62,605 nt of DNA from Octopus bimaculoides. Lineage: Eukaryota. The stretch lies in contig NC_068991.1 in assembly GCF_001194135.2 (NCBI RefSeq), forward strand, positions 71,233,026 to 71,295,630, given 5' to 3'. Shown here in pieces: positions 52,510-62,605 of this stretch (position 1 is the first letter of the stretch; every line of letters begins with the position of its first letter). The translations under genes were made by a program, and so were the position numbers. The notes beneath the pieces are model-generated. The model was not told the origin of the DNA, ran no database searches, and saw only the letters and a list, made by a program, of their open reading frames with translations.

Positions 52510-53916
52510 GTAATCTTTTTAATTTAGGCACAAAGCCACCAGTTTTGTAGGAAGTGGTTAGTCATCAATACCAGAGGCCCTCTTGTTTGACTTGTACAAT
52601 ATTTTATTATTAAAGTAATTTATCTGTACATATGTGTGTATGTAACTATATATGTATATATAATAATACAAATGATATATGAGCATATGCATGTTTACAT
52701 ACATACCTACATCTACATGTGTATATAGATGCATATCCGGGTACAGGACGTCAAAAAAACGTGGACAAAAAAGGAACGGGAACACGAACAAAGCACAAAA
52801 AATGGACTATATATATATATTTATACACACACGCACATTAATTATTGGTTGTTATTAACACTCTGAAAAAAGAAATTATAAGATATCTTGAACAGTATGC
52901 TGAATTCTATATACAATTTCACTCTCTTTCTAGTCTAAAAGTTGCTTTTTACAGTAATAATAATGATAATGCTTTCTAAATTTGGCTGATGGTCACAGAA
53001 TTTAGGTGGTGGTGGTGGTGGGGTGGGGCAGTGTCTTTAATATCCCCCTCTACTTAACAATTACCCCTATTAGTCCCTGGTTGATCAAAGGCAAGGCAAG
53101 ACCTTAGCAGAGTGAAGTAGAATAATTTTCAAATTATTAAAAAATTTTTGCAAAAAGCCAGCAATTTTAGGGAGAAGGATGGGGTCAATAAAACACAGTA
53201 CCAGTCAGGTACTGGGGTTAATAACATCAGACCCCAGTATTTGACTGGTGCATTATTTTATTGATGAAAGACGAAGTTGAACTCAGAAGAAATGCTGCCA
53301 ACCATTTTGTTTAATCATCATCGTAATAAATGTTGGTTTCAAATTTTGGCACAAGGCCTGCAGTTTGAAGAAGAGGTGGTTAATTGGTTTCATGAACCCC
53401 AGTGTTGGTATTAATTATATTGACCCCTGACCCCTGCTCCCAAAGGATGAAAGGCAGTCAAGCTCAGCAGAAATTGAATTCAGACAGTAAAGGCAGATAA
53501 AATGCCACCAAGAATTTTATTTCTAGCAAGGCAAAAAACGATTCTGGATTACCAATACTGACCAATATTGACCAGTATATAAAATCTGCATCTACACAGA
53601 ATGTGTCCTTATCTTACAAGGACAAGATATTTTATGGAGATAGGAGCCATTTTAGAATATCTCCTCATACATTTAATGGGAGAGAGTTCTAGATTGATTT
53701 TTGAAGAGTGAGACAAAGTAGGATGTATTTGGTGGAAAGAAACAAGTCATTTCTCACATACCAGCAAAATACAACAAATTGACTTTCCAAAGATCCTGGT
53801 AACATTTTGTTATTCTGCTCATCATCTTTTCATCAACATTGCAAAAGCTGTTAAAATCTAAAACATTTACTGTTGGCACCATAAGAATGTTATAAACTTC
53901 TTTTTAACTATTATTA

Positions 53917-54124
53917 TTTACATTATTTATATTCAACAGATATTTGTCTTCATCTTGTTTGTTGTTAACACAACGTTCCAGCTGGTATACCCTCCAGCCT
54001 TCTTCAGGTGTCTTGGGAAAAGTTTGAACGTGGGATTTCATTCCTAAGGTACAAACAAGATGAGGATAAATATCCATTGAATGTAAATAATGCACATAAT
54101 TCCTCATCTCTTAAACATAGAACT
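53917..54124. mobile_element. Foldback Penelope-like terminal fragment with ~44-bp inverted arms
   Basis: 53919-53962 (tacattatttatattcaacagatatttgtcttcatcttgtttgt) is an imperfect reverse complement of 54051-54094. A hammerhead fold lies between the arms. Confidence 0.7.
53967..54012 (-). ncRNA. Minimal type I hammerhead ribozyme motif, degenerate (GAAA reads GGAA)
   Basis: Minus strand reads GACAC-CUGAAGA-A-GGCUGG(AGGGUAUA)CCAGCU-GGAAC-GUU-GUGUU: 5-bp stem I, canonical CUGANGA, 6-bp stem II, palindromic ACGU stem III. Confidence 0.7.
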
Positions 54125-54578
54125 CTATTTTTTTTATTTTGAACAGTGGCTCTCTAAATATAAAGCTATAATTAATAGCAAATAACTATTGGGTTTGAAA
54201 ATCTTACAGATGTGGGTTGTGTCCCACAGGCAACCTTTGGCTTTTCTTGACCAAAGCGTCTTTTTAACCCAATATCTACATGCTATTATTTATAGCTTAA
54301 TGAAGGTGGCGGCAACTGACAGAATCATTACTGTGCCAGGCAAAATGCTTAGAGGTAATTCTTCCAGCTCTAAGTTCAAATGCCACGGAGATCGACTTTA
54401 CCTTTTGTCCTTTTGGGGTCGGTAAAATAACAACTACTCAAGCACTTGGGTTGACATAATCAATTTTCTCTCCCCTCAAAATTGCTGGCCTTGTACCAAA
54501 ATGAGAAAGAATCATTTATAGCTTTGTGCTTAGAGATCCACTCTTCCAAGAGAGAATTTAATATTTCAATGTTAGCAA

Positions 54579-54792
54579 ATCATCGAGCTGGCGGAAACGG
54601 TAGCATGCCGGGCGAATTGCTTACTGGTACTTCGTCTGTCTTTACGTTCTGAGTTCAATTTCCACCAAGGTCGACTTTACCTTACATCCTTTCGGGGTCG
54701 ATAAATTAAATACCAGTTGCAGACTGGGGTCGCTCTAATCAACTGGCCTCCTCCTCCAAAAAATTTCAGGCCTTGTGCCTAGAGTAGAAAAG
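54579..54792 (+). mobile_element. SINE family D with perfect 19-bp TSD; an older family copy lies at ~54303-54510
   Basis: AATATTTCAATGTTAGCAA at 54560-54578 and 54793-54811. Confidence 0.85.
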
Positions 54793-56059
54793 AATATTTC
54801 AATGTTAGCAATCCTTTGTCTTAAAGTGAAAGCATTTCGGTACTTCTGCCAACATTACAAGATCTCTCTCATTTCCACAGTTACATTTCTTAATGGAGTT
54901 TTTATCTTTGTTTTACTTGTTTCTCTCCACCACCACCCTCCTCTTTTATTCACACTCTTTATTCTTAGTTTGTGTTAAAGTGTGAGGAATCTTTCTTACA
55001 TTCCATTTAGATAAGGCGCTAGTTATATATACCACCACAGATCATGTCATGTGAAGGGGTGGGAACCCACTGACAAACTGCTGCTGGCTGTTGTCTCATC
55101 TCAGATTCACCTGAGTCTTGGATCGGTTCAGTCAGATTTTGGAAAGTCACAAGACACTAGGAAGTTGTTAAAGCCATCCTAATCAGCTTTTCACTAACCA
55201 AATAATTAGTGATGTTGGAGCCTCAAATATTTAGTTTTTTTGTTGTTTTATTTTTTTTATTTTCACTGAATTAGTTTTGATGTTTTTGTTGGGTAACCAA
55301 CTCTACCCCCACATCCGTCTGTCTTGCTGCAGTCTATATCACCGTTGTGACATACGTACATCTCAAAAGATTCAACAACCCAAATAATGTTAGGGGCTCT
55401 TTATAAAGAACCCCTAACATGTTATTCAGAGTTAGAAGTTAGGTATTGTATCTAATTGGGACCCTATTCTTGATCTCCCCACCTACATAATGTAACATTA
55501 ATGTCCTAAGATTTTCAAGGACTATAAAAACGTGCAGTTCTCATCTGCTTTGAAGTCAACAAACTGATAAAGGTGAATTACTGACTGAATAAGTCATAAC
55601 AGCAACAAACCTGCAGAAGCTGCAATAAATAAGTTCCGTAAGGTTGTTCAATTTTAAAAGGGTTTTTAAATATTGTATAATTTTATTGGTTGAAAACTGT
55701 GTCTTCGATTTTTACATACCAGTTTTTGACAACTTTCTCAGCATTTATGGCGTGGAAAAACGGGCGTTAAATGACAATGATGTTTGCAGTCAGCCCCTGT
55801 GTCCTAGTAGTAGTAGTAGCAGCAGTATTTAACTCTTATTACCAACTAACCAGGTTAATCTCTACTTCAGTTTCAAATCATTTCGTATTAATTTAATTAA
55901 GACGAGTGTGTGTGTGTGTGTATACATAAAACCCGCTTTTTTTTTTGTTACTTGTAACAGAACAAAGAGTAATTGAAGGCTTCTTTCTGGAGAACGAGGA
56001 TGATGTAGTGGTTTTCATACCGTTTCTCTGTCATTTATTACTGTGAAGTAACACGATCG

Positions 56060-56305
56060 CCTTTAAAGGGAGACAGGTAAATAAACGTGTATGAATCTCC
56101 GTAAAGTGGATCAACGTGGGAGCCTCTCACTCGGTCTGCTAGAAATAGCAGCCAAACTCAATTCACATCCAGCTGGTACAGGAAAGAACGCAGGATATGA
56201 CACTCCTAAGTGCACTGTGCCTAGGGAAAAGTCGGGATGGTCGTTGGATGGAAGATATTTGATCAATAGATCTACTACCATCACATCTGACCTGGTGTTT
56301 TAAAT
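56060..56305 (+). mobile_element. Interspersed repeat fragment; degenerate relative at ~2530-2700(-)
   Basis: ctgctagaaatagcagccaaa here versus tttggctattatttctaacag at ~2668-2688. Confidence 0.4.
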
Positions 56306-57497
56306 AATATAAGTCGACGTGTCCGTCCGCCGTCTCATTGCAGATGTCGAAACCACGGTCCGGTTTCTATTCCGTTACCAATTTTTACATTCATTCGCAT
56401 TTATAATTGCTTCTTTGAACGTAATGAAGCTCACCACTTCACGTATGCAGTTTAACACAAGGCGTTAATTACGGTTTCGAAAGAAGCAATTATCTCCGGC
56501 TGGTGATGCAAGGGCGATAACTCTTCTCAGTCCTAAGTTGCAGCAATATTTTGCCAAGCTCACCACCAGCTGGTCGAAAATAATATTTGTAGTTTAATAA
56601 TAAAACTCATTGTCTTCGTTATTATCGTTATTAGCATTGTGTATTTAAATTTCAATAATTATCAAAGATTTGTTTTGTGATTAATCATCAATAAACAATG
56701 GTTCTCAGTCATTATATCGGTGTTTCCTACAAGAAAACGCTGTTTTCATGATGGCTGGGCTACTGCTGGTGTTGTTCTACATTTTAGGTGTTCCCATCAG
56801 AATTTTAGGTTTATTGTCTTTTATTTATTTTATTTTTTTAAATGAGTGTTAACAAGGGAATCTTGTATGATTCGAAATTATTTGGTCATTCTATTTATTG
56901 TCTTTTTTTTCTTTGAATTTTTACAAGATGTTTTTTTCTTTTTTTTTCATTATTCTCCTTTCTCTGATAACATACAAAACTCTATTAGCTGCCTTTTTTT
57001 TTTTAATATTTTTTGACTGATTTTGTTAACAAATATCTGATGTATATTGGTAGCTGCATAGCACTGGCAGCATGGCTAGGACTGTTTCTAGAGGGAGTTT
57101 TGTTTTCTATTCTCATGTGGCTGGTTGGTCATTGAGTGTTCTACCATTTAGACAGACATATTTCAGCTGATGCTAGAACAGGGATTCAAGCGGACAAATA
57201 AAATGATGGCTGTAAATGTCAAGAAATTTAAACCTTTTTTACATTCTTTTTTTTTTTTACATTCTTTAATAATGTAAATTGTTGTGTGAGCTTTATTCCC
57301 ATTAAAAATTATGCATTCCCATCATACAGAATGTATTGTACAGTTTTAATCTGTTTGTTTCTATGAAGCTGCTTTACTAAATATCAACATAAAAAAATAT
57401 TATGTTCTTCCAGAATTTGTGTCGAATAAAAATGTGATGCTTTTTATTTATTTATTCATTTTATTTATTCTATTTTTATTTTTTCCTTTCTTTTCAG

Positions 57498-59446
57498 AAC
57501 CGTCAAAGTTTGTGTGTGGTACCTGCAAGACGACAGTGAATTCTGCTTGGTCACTTGTACAACATGTGCAAAGCATTCATGGCATGAAGATTTATTTACC
57601 AGCATCAGAGCTTTCTGTACAACTTTCCAATCTATCAACTCCATCTCCTAAGGCACCATCAGACCATGTGATGACTCCTCCGACTCCCAACACTGCTGAT
57701 GCTTTGCCACACCCTCCTCACCCCTTCATGTTCCGCATGCCATTTGATCGCCAACACCAACTGCCACCAGGTCCAGCGCTCAGTCCGTTTAACCGTCCTC
57801 CAACGGGTCCGGATTTCCGCTTGGACCTGTTAAATGATCCGTTTCATTCAAGGTCTGTCCAGGGCCTTTCTAATATTTCATCAGCATTTGATGTACCGCC
57901 GCCATTTCCGGCCCCATTCAGTGACCGACCGCGGATCATGGAAACAATAGACTTTTACTCACAGCGTCTTCGACAATTGGCATCAACACAGACACCCCCT
58001 TTACGTAAACCTACACCCCCATTTTCACAGACTCCTTCAACATTTACATCGATAACGCCAACACCATCGCATTCTCAAGATTCTTTACCAAAGAATTTAA
58101 GCCCTGCAAGTAAATTAAAATCTTGTGAGTTTTGTGGGAAATGTTTCCGATTTCAAAGTAATCTAATCGTACATCGAAGATCTCACACCGGAGAGAAGCC
58201 ATTTAAATGTCCCATATGTCCACATGCATGTACACAAGCTAGTAAACTAAAACGACATATGAAAACTCACTTAAACAAGTCGCCCCTCAGTAGTATGTCT
58301 CAGACTTCAAACATATCTAATGCCTCTGAAGGCAGTGTGCCATCCAGTAGCAGCACACCGGACTCCAACAAACATATGATAAAACATAACGATTCTAATA
58401 TTGACTTAGACAACGAAGAGGAAAACGAAGAGGAGGAAGAGGAAGAGCTTGAAGAGGAGTTAGAGGAGGACGACGATCTTGAAGGGATGGAGACTGTTCA
58501 CAATGGGTCTCCCGATCCTTTAGATTGTCATGTAAGTAAAAATAGAGACGATCACTCTTCTCAGGAGCGCAGAACTCCGAACGAGAGGTCGAAGGATCTA
58601 AGCCACATGCCCGGCGCTGGAGAGAAGTCTTTGCTGAGTGAGGTGATGGAAAACACTGGTCTCAATAACATTCAGCAATATAACGAGGCGTTCCAGCAGG
58701 CGTTGGCTGAAAACATCCACAACAAGGATAGCACAAAAGTTGAAGAAGATGGTTCGGAGGGCACCGAGAATGGTGATCGAGACATAAAGTCTGAAGACAC
58801 AGATGTGTCGTACACTAGTCAGGAAAAACCTGAACCACTAGATTGCAGTGAATCGCCCTACACAAAACGAATTAAGACTGAACCACTGGAAATAGTAAAT
58901 AGTATGGAATCTATATATTCTAATATGTGGTTACCTAGTAGTCACCACCAAGAGTATTTTTTATCTGGTCTATCTGCAAGGCTTAGTGACCCTAATCACA
59001 ACAGTTTCAATTCTCCATCAGAAAGTGCCTTGAAGCCAAATCTGACTTCGCACCCTAAAGCCGGCCCTAGTTCTAATAGTACCCCCAGTAATGGTGGTCC
59101 AATATCAAATCGGAAAGACCGGCGGAATGATACCTGTGAATTTTGTGGGAAAGTTTTCAAGAACTGCAGCAATTTAACGGTGCATCGAAGAAGTCATACT
59201 GGTGAGAAGCCATATAAATGTGAGTTGTGCAGCTATGCGTGTGCACAGTCGAGTAAGCTGACTAGACACATGAAGACGCACGGCCGTATTGGGAAGGATG
59301 TGTACAGGTGTAAGTTCTGTAGCATGCCCTTTTCTGTGCCGAGCACTTTGGAGAAACATATGCGCAAGTGTGTCGAGAACCGGCAAGTACGAGCAGTTCA
59401 GGAGACTGACACAGATACAAACAGCACTACTACATCTACATTATAG
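57498..59446 (+). CDS. BCL11: BCL11-family zinc-finger TF, terminal coding exon with ZF1, ZF2-3, acidic tract and ZF4-6, ending at TAG 59444-59446
   Basis: Acceptor ttttcctttcttttcag ends at 57497; G(24011)+AA gives in-frame Glu (THS-E-PSKFVC). ZF1 57515-57580. ZF2-3 58124-58270 (FQSNLIVH, QASKLKRH). ZF4-6 59135-59371 (NCSNLTVH, QSSKLTRH, STLEKH). These helices are typical of BCL11A/B. The two exons give about 786 aa. Confidence 0.97.
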
Positions 59447-59676
59447 TTTTTTTTTTTTTTCTTCTGTTTTTTTTTTTTTTTCTCCAAATGACTACTTGAT
59501 GTTCAAACGTTTATTATTAAAAAAATATGAACAAAATTATAAAGTCTAATATGAGAAATACAAACAAGGAGCGAAAAATTGCAAAAACATAAATAATACG
59601 AAATACTAATCAAATTCTACATTGTTATTAATTTTCTACTTTTTATATCTCTGAGACTAGTTTTGAGCTGAGAAGA

Positions 59677-59682
59677 AATAAA
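59677..59682 (+). promoter_or_regulatory. Candidate polyadenylation signal of BCL11 (alternatives at 60519-60524 and 62526-62531)
   Basis: AATAAA hexamers downstream of the stop. The sequence is AT-rich, so chance occurrence is likely and usage is unknown. Confidence 0.2.
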
Positions 59683-60251
59683 GGGAAGGAATTTGGAAAG
59701 TTTTTCTGTCGCAAAACTCATTAAAATAATCTTTGGAAAAGAAAAAAAATCATAGTTTGTATTTAAAAAAAATGTTTTCAAAAACATAACAAATTTATTT
59801 TCGATTTTGAAAGAAGTTTCCCCTTACCCCTACCCCAACACACACATACAAACACACATTCTCTCTCTGTCTCTCTCTCTCTCTCTCTTTATTTTACATT
59901 GTTTCTCTTATTTGCACACGTATATACATGTGTGTAGTGTGTATAAATATATATATATATAGATGTGTGTATTTATATATACACACACACACTCACACAC
60001 ACACACACGCACACGAATGTTAATCATTTGTATGCATATATGTTAAGCAATGTATTTGCACATGTATACATACATATGTGTGTGTGTGTGTGTGTATCTT
60101 ATTATATGTATATATGTATGTATATAAACACACACAAACACACAATGTTAGTTGGGTGTATGTAATTGTTAAATGGTTATACACAAGTATACATACATGT
60201 GTATGTATATATATATATTTTTATACATATACACATACATATATATATATA

Positions 60252-60301
<50 letters not shown>

Positions 60302-60821
60302 CACAATGTTAGTTGTGTTTAGGTAATGTTAACTAACAATTAAAATTTTACTTAAGACAAAAATAATCAACTTCTCTCTCTCTTTCAATACAATGCTGTC
60401 ATGTATGTATGTTTGTAAACATATCTATACATCTTTGTATAGATATGTGCATATATCTATATATATATGCATGCATACAAGTATACTTATGTCAGTGGCT
60501 ATTGTTTTTGGTATATCAAATAAATACTAACTTTTATTCTGCATATTCTTCAGAAAACCTCAACATTCTCATTGGTACTCTCAGATACTCTTAGCTAAAG
60601 CTCTTTCATAAACAAAACTCGTTATATAGGGAAATAATTATAATAACAAACATGAATAGTTAGTTGGCACTTCGAATGTAAAATGTAATTAATTTCTTTT
60701 GATAACTTATACACATATTTGTATGTATGTGTGTGTATGTATACATGAATGTGTGTGTGCATGTAGCATTATATGCATGTGTGTAATTATATATTTATAT
60801 ACATATATGTGTGTATGTATT

Positions 60822-60855
<34 letters not shown>

Positions 60856-61062
60856 GTATGGAATATATGTGAATATTTGTATATATTTGATATTTACATA
60901 TATATTTATGTATGTATTTATATATATATTTCTATGTATGTATATTTTTATATTTATATACAAATATTCATACACACATATACATATATATAATATATAT
61001 AAATATATATATATATACACACATTCATATATTTTACACACACACATGTGTGTATGTGTGTG

Positions 61063-61100
<38 letters not shown>

Positions 61101-61106
<6 letters not shown>

Positions 61107-61392
61107 ATCATATCATGTAGACATGAAGATTATCCAGATATGCAAGCATGTCTTCTACAACATCTAGTTGGTATATACACCCACACATCACACCCTTTTA
61201 TAACTTCACAAATATATACACTCTGTTGCAATATTACCTATTAATTTAAAGTTTTATTTTGTTAATATTTCTGAGGGTGGGGCACCTCCCCCTCCACTTA
61301 AGGAATCTTCTATATTCTAAGTACTGCTGATTATGTTACTGTTAAAAGCTCTTAGCATTCATTATATCCATCTTCACATACACACACACACG

Positions 61393-61446
<54 letters not shown>

Positions 61447-61732
61447 ATCATATCATGTAGACATGAAGATTATCCAGATATGCAAGCATGTCTTCTACAA
61501 CATCTAGTTGGTATATACACCCACACATCACACCCTTTTATAACTTCACAAATATATACACTCTGTTGCAATATTACCTATTAATTTAAAGTTTTATTTT
61601 GTTAATATTTCTGAGGGTGGGGCACCTCCCCCTCCACTTAAGGAATCTTCTATATTCTAAGTACTGCTGATTATGTTACTGTTAAAAGCTCTTAGCATTC
61701 ATTATATCCATCTTCACATACACACACACACG

Positions 61733-61780
<48 letters not shown>
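61101..61780. repeat. Tandem duplication with 340-bp period, bounded by (TA)n tracts
   Basis: tatataatcatatcatgtag starts at 61101 and 61441; gtactgctga at 61321 and 61661. No differences seen in the unique part. Confidence 0.9.
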
Positions 61781-61816
<36 letters not shown>

Positions 61817-62605
61817 TGCACACTCTCACTCACTATATATGCATACAGCTACACACACACTCAGACATGCTCAAAAGCATACATGCTCACACTCACATGC
61901 GCACACATGCATGCACATGCACTCATGCTGTGCATTGTGCATATGTATGTATATGCGCTGTGTTTATGTGTATGTACTTAGGTGCATGAATTTAGGTGTG
62001 TATGTGTACACACCACACACACACACACACACATACGTGTGTATATACATATATATATATGTGTGTATATATATTTATATGTGTGTGCGTGTGTGCATAT
62101 GTATGTATATTTGTGTGTCTCCTAAAAAGCTCCTTCTTTTAAAATATTCATCATTGGCTGTTCCTAGTTCTGATTACACTCCCCCCTTTATCATTGGGGC
62201 TGTTTCTTGGAAATTTTCCTAGCAACTTCTCTGGTAGACTGCCATCCAGTAGTAATTCCTGTGTGAACGATTGTCAAACGGATACTGGTTGGCCATTTCT
62301 ACTTCAAGGTTGTTCTAAGCATTGTACTTTACAGGGTTATCAAACTCAAAAGAAGAAAACTTTAAAAAAAAAAAAAAAAAAAAAACCAACACCAACAAAA
62401 AAAATAAACCAACAACAAAAAAAACGAATGGAAAGAATACGATTTTTTTTGTTGAAATTTTTTTTTTTTTTATTTATTTTGATATTTTTCTAAAGCATGT
62501 GTTGTCTCTCTGACTGAAGAATACCAATAAAGTCAGCATCCTCATCTTTCTTCCCCATCATCCCATCCTAAGAAATCTGAGGTAGATTAACTAACTATAT
62601 ATATA

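Larger units (their letters stand above)
24012..57497 (+). other. BCL11 intron (GT-AG, phase 1, ~33.5 kb including N gaps)
   Basis: Canonical donor and acceptor join the two exons in frame. A small cassette exon inside it cannot be excluded. Confidence 0.85.

Noticed and set aside
57419-57497. N-terminal part of the 675-aa ORF (MSNKNVMLF...)
   Set aside because: The hydrophobic stretch is the translated T-rich acceptor tract, not a signal peptide.

Overview
AT-rich, microsatellite-saturated animal genomic DNA with seven assembly gaps. The repeat landscape suggests an Octopus-type cephalopod; this is inference, not a database result. One protein-coding gene is supported, on the + strand: a BCL11A/B (CTIP1/2)-family zinc-finger transcription factor. 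Two exons are visible: 23601-24011 (CCHC finger) and 57498-59446 (six further fingers and the stop). They join in frame across a ~33.5 kb phase-1 intron. The first coding exon, expected to carry the MSRRKQ motif, was not found. The rest is intron or flank filled with tRNA-derived SINEs, piggyBac-, mariner- and hAT-like MITEs, and simple repeats. Most notable observations: (1) an intronic higher-order minisatellite with 12 TGGTCA hexamers, the reverse complement of the TGACCA site bound by human BCL11A, inside a gene with the same recognition helices; (2) three head-to-head foldback insertions, two carrying minimal Penelope-type hammerhead ribozyme folds (one with a U3:A8 covariant core) and one built from two tRNA-like heads; (3) a tRNA-Met pseudogene with a self-complementary insert at the canonical intron position. 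Repeat boundaries are read by eye and are approximate unless a TSD is given.
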